NCBI GenBank assembly: GCA_965242695.1
Contig: CBDESU010000002.1
Coordinates: forward strand, 1,024,001 to 1,088,000
DNA: 64,000 bases
Source: Cenarchaeum sp.
GTDB lineage: Archaea; Thermoproteota; Nitrososphaeria; Nitrososphaerales; Nitrosopumilaceae
Reading direction: 5' to 3'
In this document: one piece after another, positions 1-9,847 of the stretch
How positions within the stretch are numbered: the stretch's first letter is position 1
Layout: each line of letters opens with the position of its first letter
Program-made: the position numbers and the translations under genes
Notes under the pieces: generated by a model
The model's database searches: none
What the model saw: only the letters and a program-made list of their open reading frames with translations
What the model was told of the DNA's origin: nothing

Positions 1-184
1 CTGCCTCCCATCGCGGGCTTGAACCGCGCTCCATGTCGAGCTACATCCTATTTCCCCGTCCCCGCTGCCGCAAGAAGGGCAACGTCCGATGCGGCACGGC
101 CGCCCCTGGCGGAAGGGCAGGCGTACAGGCCCTGCTACGCGCCTTGGCGCGGAGAGCAATCGCACAGAATGGACGTTGCCCGCC

Positions 185-344
185 CCGCCAGGCGGCGCGT
201 CGCCCCAAGCGGGGGGGGGGCGCCCGCGGACCATGGGACGCCGGACGGCCGCCAGGCGGCGCGTCGCCCCAAGCGGGGGGGGGGGGCGCCCGCGGACCAT
301 GGGACGCCGGACGGCCGCCAGGCGGCGCGTCGCCCCAAGCGGGG
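185..344. repeat. Intergenic tandem repeat, ~64-66 bp unit x ~2.4, with variable G-run (G10, G12)
   Basis: ccgccaggcggcgcgtcgccccaagc-Gn-cgcccgcggaccatgggacgccggacgg starts at ~185, ~249 and (partial) ~315. Confidence 0.9.
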
Positions 345-466
345 AGAGGGGCGCCGGCCGCGCGGCCTGCGCGTGGGACCGCCCGGTTCCGGCGATATCG
401 GCCCCTCCGGCCGCCCCTGCGGGGGTCGATACAAAGTTAAATAATGAAGAAATCGGCGCCCGCTCG

Positions 467-3400
467 ATGTCGGCACGCAGCGGCGCCCGCATGTCCGCGG
501 CCCCCTTGGCCGCACTGCTCGTTGCGGTTGCCGCCGTTGCCGCCGCCGCGCCGGTCCTGGCAGGCGATGCGCTAGCGCAGGCCGCGTACGACCCGCCGCT
601 CAAGCAGCACGAGCGCGTCCTGGCGCAGGCCGTCGTGTGCAACGACGGGCTGGACCTTGTCATAAAGTCGTCCGACGGCTCGCCCGCGTGCGTCGGGATG
701 GATGCAAAGCAGGCCCTCTTGGCGCGCGGCTGGGCGACCGAGCCGCCTGACGTCCCGCGCGCGCCGTCCATCGACCTGACGGACGAAGAGCGCGCATGGC
801 TTGCGGACAACCAGATCCGCATGTCGTACGATCCCGCATGGCCCCCGTTCGAGTTCAACAACGCCGACGGCGAGCTAGACGGCCTGGCCGCCGCGTACAA
901 GGCCGAGTTCGAGAGGCTCATCGGGACGGACTTTGCGGTCGTGCAGAGCCCCGACTGGCCCGGCGCCCTCGACGCGGTCCGCGCCGGCGAGGTCGACGTG
1001 CTGTTCGTAACCGGAGACACTCCTGACCGGCGCGAGTTCTTGGGATTCGCGCCGCCGTACATGACGCTGTCGACGGCAATGATCACGCTCGGCGAGGTCA
1101 ACATCTCGCCCGACGACCTGGCCGGCATGGAAGTCGGCACAATACGCGGCTACGAGGTCGAGGCGTGGCTCGACGAGAACCGTCCCGACATAGAATATAC
1201 GCCGCTCGACGAGGGCCTTGCGTTTACGGCCCTGCAGGCGGGCGATATCGACGTGCTGCTGTGGTTCTGGGAGATCGCCGACTACAAGGCCCGGATGGCC
1301 GCGGTGGACGGCCTGTACAACGCGGGCGAGATGGGCCACGTGATGGACGTGAGCGTTGCGTACGCGCTGACCGACCCAACCTTGGGGGCGATCATCGAAA
1401 AGGCGATGGACGCAATCACCGACGTCGACCGCGACCGCATGCTCAACGAGGCCATAATGGCAAGGCCGCCGCCCGATATGATTGCGGCCTCTTCCATGGC
1501 CATAGCCGTCCCCGACGACGAGGCCCCGATGGACATTCCGGCGCTGGATCTTTCGGCGTCAGAGGCGGCGTGGCTGGCGAGCAGCCCGACGATCAGGGTG
1601 GCGTACGATCCCGACTGGCCGCCGATCGAGTTTGACATGGACGGCGAGGTCGCCGGCCTCTCGGCGGCGTACGTGCAGCTCGCCGCGGTAATGACCGGAG
1701 CCGAGTTCGTGTCCGTGCCAAAGGACGACTGGTCGGGGGCCTTGGCGGCCGTCAGGTCTGGCGAGGCGGACGTGCTCTTTGCAGTGGCCCGCACGGCGGA
1801 CAGGGAGGAGTTTCTAGGCTTTACCAAGCCCCACACTGTTCTTCCGTGGTACATCGTCACGGCATCGGCCCGCACGATAGAGGCCGAGGACCTCGGCACG
1901 ATAAAGGTCGGCACCATAAGGGACTATTCGATCGAAGAGTGGCTAGGGGAGAACCGCCCCGACGTGCGGTTCACCTCGTACCCAGACTACGGCGAGCTGC
2001 TCGATGCCCTGCGGTCCGACGAGATCGAGGCGTTCGTCGAGGTCTGGCCGGTCGCGGCGATGCGCGCCGGCATGGCCGGCATGGAGGTGCACCAGGCCGG
2101 CATGCTCGACGAGTCGCTTGCCCTGTCGGCGGGGTACTCTAAGACCAACATGATACTCGGCTCTATCATGAAAAAGGCTGTCGCGGCCATACCGTCCGAC
2201 CTAAAGGACGAGGCGCAGGCCAACCTCGTGCCGCCCCCGCCCGAGCCCACCCTTGCGCTCACCCCGGCGGAGGAGACGTGGATTGCAAACAACCCCGTCG
2301 TCCAGGTCGCGTACGATCCAGACTTTGCGCCGTTCGAGTACATCGACGAGGCAGGCGAGCTCGGCGGCCCCTCGCGCGCCTACATGGACAGGTTCGCCGA
2401 CCTTATGGGCGTCTCGTTCGAGCCGATCGAGGCGGCGACATGGAGCGAGTCGCTAGAGGCCATGAGGACGGGCGATGCGGACGTGATGTTCATGGTCGCG
2501 GTCACCGAGGAGCGCGAAGAGTTCATGGGCTTTACCGAGCCGCACACCCAGCTGACGTGGGACATGATCACGCGCGGCGATGCGGATGCGGTCACTGCGG
2601 ACGGCCTAAAGGACCTCAAGGTCGGCGCCGTAAAGGACTATGCGGTCGTCGCCTGGCTCGAGGAGAACATGGGCGAGGTCAGGGTAACGGAGTTTGACGA
2701 CCACGCGGCCGCGTTTACGGCCATGGGGTCTGGCGAGATCGACGTGTTCGTCGACACCTGGGCCTCGTCCCTGTACGCGGCCGAGATTGCCGGCATTACG
2801 GACCTTGCAAACGCGGGCCCACTCGAGGCGACGCTAGACCTGGCCGTGGCGTACTCTAAGAACAACAACGCCGCGCTTGGCACCATACTCGCAAAGGCGC
2901 TCGCCGAGGTGCCGCTCTCGGAGCGGGAGCGGCTCGCCTCGATGATGCCGGGGCCGGGCCAGGGGCCGGCGACAGGGGGCGACGAGGCCGCCGCCGAGGA
3001 ATTTGCGCTGACCGACGAAGAGTCGGCGTGGGTCGCGGAGAACCCGACGGTTCGCGTCGCGTACGATCCAGACGCGGCGCCGTTTGAGAGCATCAACGAG
3101 GACGGCGAGCTAGAGGGGCTGGCGCGCACGTACGCGGACAGGCTGGCCGACATGACGGGCCTGGCGTTCGAGCCGATCGCGGCCGAGACGTGGACCGCCT
3201 CGCTGGACGCCATGAAGTCTGGTGATGCCGACGTCATGTTCATTGCCTTGGACACCAAGGAGCGCAGAGAGTACATGACGTTTACAGAGCCGCACACCCG
3301 CCTGACGTGGGACATGCTCACGCTAGGCCCGGACGGCCGCATGGATATCCCTGTGGAAGAGCTGCCCGGCCTAAAGGTGGGAGCCATCAAGGACTATGCG

Positions 3401-3733
3401 ATATTCGCGCAGGCCGCCGAGGCCATGCCGGACGTCAAGATTATGGAGTACGACAGCCACGCCAACGCGTTCGACGCCCTAGAGTCGGGCGACCTAGATG
3501 TGTTCATCGAGTCGTGGACCTCGGGGCTGCTAGAGGCCGAAGAGTACGGCTCGGCCGACGATCTAAACTACGCCGGCTCGCTCGACATTGCCGCCGAGAT
3601 GCGCATGGCCTACTCGAACGCCGCCAACCCCATGCTCGGCCAGATCATCGAGAGGGCGTTCATGGCCATACCGGACGCGGAAAAGCAGGACAACGAGATG
3701 CAGACGCTGACGCCCCTGCCCGCGGACGGCTAG
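467..3733 (+). CDS. Secreted protein with four tandem family-3 solute-binding (PBP2/Venus flytrap) domains and an N-terminal PLKQ..C..GL..K..PACV module
   Basis: Hydrophobic signal region; four L(T/S)xxExxW...YDPxx(P/A)P(F/I)E units; start moved from 89 to ATG 467 because a TATA-like gttaaataa lies at ~436-444. Confidence 0.85.
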   Translation: MSARSGARMSAAPLAALLVAVAAVAAAAPVLAGDALAQAAYDPPLKQHERVLAQAVVCNDGLDLVIKSSDGSPACVGMDAKQALLARGWATEPPDVPRAPSIDLTDEERAWLADNQIRMSYDPAWPPFEFNNADGELDGLAAAYKAEFERLIGTDFAVVQSPDWPGALDAVRAGEVDVLFVTGDTPDRREFLGFAPPYMTLSTAMITLGEVNISPDDLAGMEVGTIRGYEVEAWLDENRPDIEYTPLDEGLAFTALQAGDIDVLLWFWEIADYKARMAAVDGLYNAGEMGHVMDVSVAYALTDPTLGAIIEKAMDAITDVDRDRMLNEAIMARPPPDMIAASSMAIAVPDDEAPMDIPALDLSASEAAWLASSPTIRVAYDPDWPPIEFDMDGEVAGLSAAYVQLAAVMTGAEFVSVPKDDWSGALAAVRSGEADVLFAVARTADREEFLGFTKPHTVLPWYIVTASARTIEAEDLGTIKVGTIRDYSIEEWLGENRPDVRFTSYPDYGELLDALRSDEIEAFVEVWPVAAMRAGMAGMEVHQAGMLDESLALSAGYSKTNMILGSIMKKAVAAIPSDLKDEAQANLVPPPPEPTLALTPAEETWIANNPVVQVAYDPDFAPFEYIDEAGELGGPSRAYMDRFADLMGVSFEPIEAATWSESLEAMRTGDADVMFMVAVTEEREEFMGFTEPHTQLTWDMITRGDADAVTADGLKDLKVGAVKDYAVVAWLEENMGEVRVTEFDDHAAAFTAMGSGEIDVFVDTWASSLYAAEIAGITDLANAGPLEATLDLAVAYSKNNNAALGTILAKALAEVPLSERERLASMMPGPGQGPATGGDEAAAEEFALTDEESAWVAENPTVRVAYDPDAAPFESINEDGELEGLARTYADRLADMTGLAFEPIAAETWTASLDAMKSGDADVMFIALDTKERREYMTFTEPHTRLTWDMLTLGPDGRMDIPVEELPGLKVGAIKDYAIFAQAAEAMPDVKIMEYDSHANAFDALESGDLDVFIESWTSGLLEAEEYGSADDLNYAGSLDIAAEMRMAYSNAANPMLGQIIERAFMAIPDAEKQDNEMQTLTPLPADG

Positions 3734-3826
3734 GCTGCCCCTGCGACGTCGCGCCTGGCCACCCTGCGGTCGTAGCCCCCTCTGCAGTAGGGCAAACCTA
3801 TATCCGATAGCCCTCCAAACGGCGGC

Positions 3827-4111
3827 ATGGGCCCCGAAGCCGCGCTCCTCTCGGCCGTCTCGATCGCCAACATGGGCATCCTTGCGGTCCTGATGGCAAG
3901 CTTTGCCAGGATGTACCGCAAGACGCGCGCGCAGCTGCCGCTCGGGATGATCGTGGTCTCGGCCATGCTGTTCCTGCACAATGCGATAGCGTCCATGGCG
4001 CACTTTTCGATGGCGATGCTGTTCGCCCACGAGGTGTTCCCCTACATGCTCGGCGTCGGCATCGCCGAGCTTGCGGCCCTGCTGATATTCCTCAAGATAT
4101 CGGTCGAGTAG
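3827..4111 (+). CDS. Small membrane protein (about 3 TM helices)
   Basis: 94 aa, hydrophobic; TATA-like ctatat ~25 bp upstream. Confidence 0.75.
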   Translation: MGPEAALLSAVSIANMGILAVLMASFARMYRKTRAQLPLGMIVVSAMLFLHNAIASMAHFSMAMLFAHEVFPYMLGVGIAELAALLIFLKISVE

Positions 4112-4223
4112 CGCAGCCCCTGCCCACGCTGCGATGGGGGGTGGGGGGGATGCGGGCCTTTGAGCTCCGGCACGGCTCCGCCCGCCGTTGGTTTAAGAGT
4201 GCGCCCGCGCCGCCCGGCCTTGC

Positions 4224-4745
4224 ATGAACCCAAAGTACGCCGGGTACGTACGGCTCAACAGGAACGTGCTGTGCGCGCTCGGCGCCTCGCTGGCCGTCTC
4301 TGCCGCCGCGGCGCAGGCCCTTGGCGCCGAGCAGGACCACCTCAACGCCACGTACGTGCTGGCAGTCGACTATCTCGTGTATTTCTCGGTCTTTGGAACC
4401 ATGCAGTACCTCGACAACCGGCGCCGGTACGCGCTGCCGGGCGGGGGCACCGACACGGCGGCCCTCAGGTCCGACCTGCTCAAGATGGTCTCGTCGCTCG
4501 GCGTCGCCGAAGTCGTGTACACGGCGGTGCGCTGGATGATACACTACAACCTGCTCGCGGCCGCCGGGTCCGCGCCGTACGAGGCCTCGATCATGTCGCA
4601 GGCAGCCGCGACGGCCGTCTATCTTGTCGTGCTCAACCTAGGCGTCAAGCTGACGCGGCTGTACGGCGGCCCGGCACGGCAGGAGGCCGGCGGCGCCGAC
4701 GGTGCCACCGCCGGCGGCAAGGAGGGCGGCGGGACGCATGGCTGA
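4224..4745 (+). CDS. Hypothetical membrane protein
   Basis: 173 aa with hydrophobic segments; tttaag upstream; overlaps the next start. Confidence 0.7.
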   Translation: MNPKYAGYVRLNRNVLCALGASLAVSAAAAQALGAEQDHLNATYVLAVDYLVYFSVFGTMQYLDNRRRYALPGGGTDTAALRSDLLKMVSSLGVAEVVYTAVRWMIHYNLLAAAGSAPYEASIMSQAAATAVYLVVLNLGVKLTRLYGGPARQEAGGADGATAGGKEGGGTHG

Positions 4746-5127
4746 CGGCGACAACGGCAGCAGCGGAGGCGGCTCGGCCACCGTGTACGTGGACGGCAGC
4801 GGCGGCGACGATCCCGGGTTCGGCTACTATGTCGCCGAGACGGGCGAGACGTTCTACGAGAAGAGGCAGGGCATAACGAGCAACCAGGCCGAGTACCTGG
4901 CCATCATTGCGGCGCTCAACAAGTTTGCCGGCTCGGGCCTGTCCCTGACGATACGGAGCGACTCGAAGAACACCGTCATGCAGCTGACGCACGAGTACGC
5001 CATCAACAGCGGGCCGCTCCGGCTGCTCGCGCGCGAGGCGTGGCCCCTCATGGCGTCCATGCCGGGCCTGACGATAGAGTGGGTGCCGCGCGCAAAGAAC
5101 CTGGCCGGCAAGATGCTCGGCAGCTAG
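4738..5127 (+). CDS. rnhA: Ribonuclease HI-like protein
   Basis: VYVDGS, SNQAEYLAII, IRSDSK, WVPRAKNLAG motifs. Confidence 0.85.
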   Translation: MADGDNGSSGGGSATVYVDGSGGDDPGFGYYVAETGETFYEKRQGITSNQAEYLAIIAALNKFAGSGLSLTIRSDSKNTVMQLTHEYAINSGPLRLLAREAWPLMASMPGLTIEWVPRAKNLAGKMLGS

Positions 5128-5175
5128 CGGCGGCCCTAGGCTACCTTTATTACGGAAAACTCCGGCGCCGCGCAG

Positions 5176-7359
5176 GTGTCCTCGTCCGTCTTCCTCTCGC
5201 CCAAGTCGATCGCAGTCGTCGGGGCGTCTGACAGGCAGGGCAGCGTCGGCAGCACGATCACCTCCAACATAATGAAGGGCTTCAAGGGCAGGGTGTACCC
5301 GATCAGCCCGACCCGGCCAAAGGTCTTCGGCAAGAGGGCGTTCAAGTCGGTACTCGACGTGCCGGGCGGCGTAGAGCTGGCCGTCATTGTCATCAAGAAC
5401 ACGCTCGTGCCGGGCGCGCTAGAGGAGTGCGGCAGAAAGGGCGTGCGCGGGGCCATCATCATAACGGCCGGCTTCAAGGAGGTCGGCGGCGAGGGCGCGG
5501 CCCTCGAGGAGCGCATCAAGGAGATCGCCGCCGAGCATAAGATCGACGTGATCGGCCCAAACTGCCTCGGCGTGATGAACCTCGACCCCAAGACGATGAT
5601 GAACTCCACATTCCTCAAGATCACCCCAAAGTCGGGCCACATCGCGCTCGTCTCGCAGAGCGGCGCGATCTGCGCGGCCCTGTGCGAGGACGCGAGCGCC
5701 CAGGGGATAGGCTTCTCGGCCGTCGTGAGCATGGGCAACAAGGCTGCCATGAGCGAGACGGACGTGCTGAGGATGCTCGCCGGCCACCGCCAGACGCGCG
5801 TCATCGTCATGTACCTCGAGGACATGGGCGACGGGCAGGAGTTTCTGCGCGTATGCAGGCACGTCACGCGCGACCTGAAAAAGCCCGTGCTCGTCCTAAA
5901 GTCCGGCCGCAGCCCCGAGGGCGCAAAGGCGGCCATGTCGCACACGGGGGCCCTCATGGGGTCCGACGAGACGTACGATGCGCTGCTCGGCCAGTCGGGC
6001 GCGATCAGGGTCGACACGATGGAGGAGCTGTTCGACTACGCGACGGCGTTCTCAAAGCAGCCCCTGCCGGGCCGCCGCGGCGGCCTTGCCATAGTGTCCA
6101 ACGCCGGCGGGCCGGCCATAATATCGACCGACGCGTGCTCGAGGATGGGGATCAAGATGGCCGACATAACGAGCGTGCGAAAAAAGATAGACGCCGTCAT
6201 ACCGCCGTGGGGCAGCTCGCGCAACCCCGTCGATATAGTCGGCGATGCCGACTACGAGCGGTTCCGCGGCGTGCTCGGGCACGTCCTGGGGCACCCGAAC
6301 GTGGGGTCGGTCATATGCATGTGCACCCCGTCGGGCACGCTCGACTACGACGGGCTCGCGCGCGTGATCGTCGAGGCGTCGAAAAAGCACCCCAAGAAGA
6401 CCGTCCTTGCCAGCCTGATGGGGCTCGACGAGGGCACTACCAACCGCGACATACTCGCCGCCGGCGGCGTCCCGTACTACACGTACGCGGAGGGGGCGAT
6501 AAGGGCGCTGCGGGCGATGCTGACGTTCTCCGAGTGGGCCGAATCGGCGCCGGGAAGGACGGCGCGGTTCAGGGCCGACCGCGCCGCCGCCCGCGACGTC
6601 ATTGCGGCCGCGCGTGCCGAGGGCCGCTCGTCGCTGCTCGAGGAGGAGGGGCAGAGGGTGCTCGCCGCGTACGGCCTGCCCCTGCCGGAGAGCCGCCTTG
6701 CCGAGAGCCGCGGCGCCGCCGTGAGGGCCGCCAAGGCGATAGGGTACCCCGTCGTCATGAAGATAGCCTCGCCCCAGATCATACACAAGTCCGACGCCGG
6801 CGGGGTGCGCGTCGGCCTCGGCAGCGACGCCGAGGTAAAGGCCGCGTTCGACGAGATCACGGCGAGCGCGAAAAGGTACGACCCAAAGGCCGAGATCAGG
6901 GGCGTGATGGTGGTAGAGATGGTCAGCGGCGGGACCGAGGTCATTGTGGGGTCCAAGCGCGAGCCGGGCATGGGGCCCGTCGTCATGTTCGGCATGGGCG
7001 GCATATACGTCGAGGTCCTAAAGGACGTGACGTTCCGCCTCGCGCCGGTCACCGGCGCCGAGGCGGCCTCGATGGTGTCTGGCATACGGACGGGCCGCAT
7101 GCTGGAGGGCGTGCGCGGCCAGGCTCCGTCCGACACGGCAAGGCTGACCGAGTGCATACAGCGCCTCTCGCAGCTCGTCACGAGCTTTCCCGAGATATCC
7201 GAGCTCGACATGAACCCCGTGCTTGTCCTGGAGAAGGGCAGGGGGTGCCGCGTGCTCGACGTGCGGATCGGGCTTGATGCCGCAGCCGGCAGCGGCGGCG
7301 GAGGCAAGGGCGGCAAGGGCGGCAAGGCCGCGCCCGCGGCTAGCCCCGCCGCCGGCTAG
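5176..7359 (+). CDS. ADP-forming acyl-CoA ligase, likely 4-hydroxybutyrate-CoA ligase (3HP/4HB cycle)
   Basis: CoA-binding domain (AVVGAS, GPNCLG, SQSG, SHTG) plus ATP-grasp domain (HKSDAGGV); directly upstream of the dehydratase, as in AOA. Confidence 0.85.
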   Translation: MSSSVFLSPKSIAVVGASDRQGSVGSTITSNIMKGFKGRVYPISPTRPKVFGKRAFKSVLDVPGGVELAVIVIKNTLVPGALEECGRKGVRGAIIITAGFKEVGGEGAALEERIKEIAAEHKIDVIGPNCLGVMNLDPKTMMNSTFLKITPKSGHIALVSQSGAICAALCEDASAQGIGFSAVVSMGNKAAMSETDVLRMLAGHRQTRVIVMYLEDMGDGQEFLRVCRHVTRDLKKPVLVLKSGRSPEGAKAAMSHTGALMGSDETYDALLGQSGAIRVDTMEELFDYATAFSKQPLPGRRGGLAIVSNAGGPAIISTDACSRMGIKMADITSVRKKIDAVIPPWGSSRNPVDIVGDADYERFRGVLGHVLGHPNVGSVICMCTPSGTLDYDGLARVIVEASKKHPKKTVLASLMGLDEGTTNRDILAAGGVPYYTYAEGAIRALRAMLTFSEWAESAPGRTARFRADRAAARDVIAAARAEGRSSLLEEEGQRVLAAYGLPLPESRLAESRGAAVRAAKAIGYPVVMKIASPQIIHKSDAGGVRVGLGSDAEVKAAFDEITASAKRYDPKAEIRGVMVVEMVSGGTEVIVGSKREPGMGPVVMFGMGGIYVEVLKDVTFRLAPVTGAEAASMVSGIRTGRMLEGVRGQAPSDTARLTECIQRLSQLVTSFPEISELDMNPVLVLEKGRGCRVLDVRIGLDAAAGSGGGGKGGKGGKAAPAASPAAG

Positions 7360-7430
7360 CCCGCCCCTAGGCGCCGCCAACGCGGGCGCCCATTTAGGAC
7401 TTTTATACGGCCCCGCGCGCCCGACGGCGC

Positions 7431-8948
7431 ATGGCCATACGGACGGGGCAGGAGTACATCGAGAGCCTGCGCGGCAGGAGCCTCAAGGTGTACCTGTTCG
7501 GCGAGCTCGTCGACGACCCCGTCGAGCACCCGATCATCCGGCCGTCGATCAACGCGGTCGCCGAGACGTACGACCTGGCCGCGCGCGACGAGGAGCTTGC
7601 GACGGCCGAGTCGTCGCTCGCCGGCGGCGGCCGCCGCGTCAACCGCTTCCTGCACATCGCAGAGAGCGCCGAGGACCTGGTCATGCAGAACAAGATGCAG
7701 CGCAAGCTCGGTCAGAACACGGGGACGTGCTTCCAGCGGTGCGTCGGCATGGACGCGCTCAACTCGCTGCATTCTACGACGTTCGAGATCGACGAAAAGC
7801 ACGGCACCAACTACCACCGGCGCCTGCTCGACTTCATCCGCACCGTGCAGGACGAGAACCTGGTCATAGGCGGGGCCATGACCGACCCCAAGGGGGACCG
7901 CAGCAAGGGGCCGTCAGAGCAGGCCGACCCCGACCTGTTCACGCGCGTCGTCGAGCGCGACGAGAGGGGCATCTACGTGTCCGGCGCAAAGGCGCACCAG
8001 ACGGGCTGCATCAACTCGCACTGGATCATCATAATGCCGACGATGCGCCTCACCGAGAACGACCGCGACTGGGCCGTCGTCGGCGCGTTCCCGGCCGACG
8101 CCGACGGGCTGACGTACGTGTACGGCCGGCAGTCGTGCGACACGAGGAGCGCCGAGGATGGCGACATTGACGCGGGCAACGCCAGGTTCGGCGGGCAGGA
8201 GGCGATGATCATACTCGACCGCGTCTTCATCCCGTGGGAGCGCGTCTTCATGCTAGGCGAGTACGAGTTCGCATCGATGCTAGTCGAGAGGTTTACGTGC
8301 TACCACCGGCGCAGCTACGTCTGCAAGACGGGCCTAGGCGACGTGCTGATCGGGGCCGCCGGCGCCATCGCCGACTACAACGGCGTCCCAAAGGTCTCGC
8401 ACATAAAGGACAAGCTCGTCGAGATGACGCACCTCAACGAGACGATCTACGCGGCCGGAATAGCATCCTCGTACCAGGCGCAGGAGCTAAAGTCCGGCGC
8501 GTACCTCAACGACGACATGCTCGCGCAGGTCTGCAAGCACAACGTGACGCGCTTTCCGTACGAGATAGGCCGCCTCGCGCAGGACATCGCCGGCGGCCTC
8601 GTCGTGACGCTGCCGTCGGAAAAGGACCTGAGGCACCCCGACGTCGGCCCGCTGTTGCGCAAGTACCTGGCCGGCCGCAAGGGCGTCGACGTCGAGAACC
8701 GCATGCGCATACTGCGCCTGATCGAGAACATGACGATGGGCCGCAACGCCGTCGGCTACCTGACCGAGTCGATGCACGGCGCCGGCTCGCCGCAGGCGCA
8801 GCGCATACAGATACAGCGCCAGATGCAGCTCGGCTACAAGAAGAACCTGGCAAAGAGCCTGGCAGGCGTGACCGGCGATGACGACGAGATCGACGCCGAG
8901 CAGTCGGGCTACTTCAAGCGCGTCTTCAAGCTGGCAGGCAAGAACTAG
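7431..8948 (+). CDS. hcd: 4-hydroxybutyryl-CoA dehydratase
   Basis: TGTCFQRCVGMD, GAMTDPKGDRS, YHRRSYVCK, ESMHGAGSPQAQ. Confidence 0.93.
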   Translation: MAIRTGQEYIESLRGRSLKVYLFGELVDDPVEHPIIRPSINAVAETYDLAARDEELATAESSLAGGGRRVNRFLHIAESAEDLVMQNKMQRKLGQNTGTCFQRCVGMDALNSLHSTTFEIDEKHGTNYHRRLLDFIRTVQDENLVIGGAMTDPKGDRSKGPSEQADPDLFTRVVERDERGIYVSGAKAHQTGCINSHWIIIMPTMRLTENDRDWAVVGAFPADADGLTYVYGRQSCDTRSAEDGDIDAGNARFGGQEAMIILDRVFIPWERVFMLGEYEFASMLVERFTCYHRRSYVCKTGLGDVLIGAAGAIADYNGVPKVSHIKDKLVEMTHLNETIYAAGIASSYQAQELKSGAYLNDDMLAQVCKHNVTRFPYEIGRLAQDIAGGLVVTLPSEKDLRHPDVGPLLRKYLAGRKGVDVENRMRILRLIENMTMGRNAVGYLTESMHGAGSPQAQRIQIQRQMQLGYKKNLAKSLAGVTGDDDEIDAEQSGYFKRVFKLAGKN

Positions 8949-9007
8949 GCGCGGGCCGGGCGATCCGGCCTCCTGTTCGGGCGCGCGCTCAGGATGGCAG
9001 GCGGCAC

Positions 9008-9805
9008 CTAGGCGCCGGGGCCGCCCCTCTCCGGCTCTGGCCAGGCAGAGTCCCTGCCGTCGCGTCCCCGGGGCGCCTCGCCCGCGCCGCCTTGGCCTTG
9101 GCCTGCCGCCTCCGCGCCGCCTTGGCCTTGGCCTTGGCCTGCCGCCTCCGCGCCGCCTTGGCCTTGGCCTGCCGCCTCCGCGCCGCCTTGGCCTTGGCCT
9201 GCCGCCTCCGCGCCGCCTGCATCCGCCCTTGGAGGCTCGGAGTCGCTACCGCCGGGTGCCTGTCCGTCCTGCTCCTGCTCGCCCCCCTCGCCGGCGTCCC
9301 CGCCGCCCTTCCTGCCGTACAGGTGCTTTGTGACCATGATCCCGACTATTACTGCGATGATGATGTAGTTTACGGGCGGGCTGAGCACCCGTGTGATGTA
9401 CCCGGCCTGGGGGATCACGTAGACGACGCTGCCGATGTAGTCGCCGTCGGTGATTGGAAAGTCGGTGCCGGGGATCGACGACGGGTTTGCGTCGCCCTTG
9501 GTGCGCAGCGTCCTGGGATCCTCGTCTGTAATGGACACGACCCTGTGCACGATCACCCTGTCGTGGTCGCTCGGCCTGTTGAACACTATGATGTCGCCGA
9601 TGTCGACCTCGCCGAACGGGCTGTTCCCGCTGACGACGAGGATATCGTACATCTCCAGCTCGGGGACCATGCTGCCGCTGGAGACGACGTAGAACGGGTT
9701 TTGGGTGCCAAAGTACGCCTGGAGTCCGACCCAGACTGCCACCAGGCTGATCACGATGACGATGACGTCCCTCAGGACGCCGCTCTGCGCAAGTAGAGAC
9801 CGCAA
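9008..9805 (-). CDS. Signal peptidase I (Sec11-type) with repetitive C-terminal tail
   Basis: VVSSGSMVP, IVHRV, TKGDAN; tail repeats of GAEAAGQGQG. Confidence 0.88.
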   Translation of the reverse strand: MRSLLAQSGVLRDVIVIVISLVAVWVGLQAYFGTQNPFYVVSSGSMVPELEMYDILVVSGNSPFGEVDIGDIIVFNRPSDHDRVIVHRVVSITDEDPRTLRTKGDANPSSIPGTDFPITDGDYIGSVVYVIPQAGYITRVLSPPVNYIIIAVIVGIMVTKHLYGRKGGGDAGEGGEQEQDGQAPGGSDSEPPRADAGGAEAAGQGQGGAEAAGQGQGGAEAAGQGQGQGGAEAAGQGQGGAGEAPRGRDGRDSAWPEPERGGPGA

Positions 9806-9847
9806 CTGCCCCGCCGGCCCCGGCTCTGCATAAATACCGTGGCGGCG

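Noticed and set aside
89-466. N-terminal extension of the 1214-aa ORF
   Set aside because: It runs through a non-coding tandem repeat; the TATA box and signal peptide support a start near 467.
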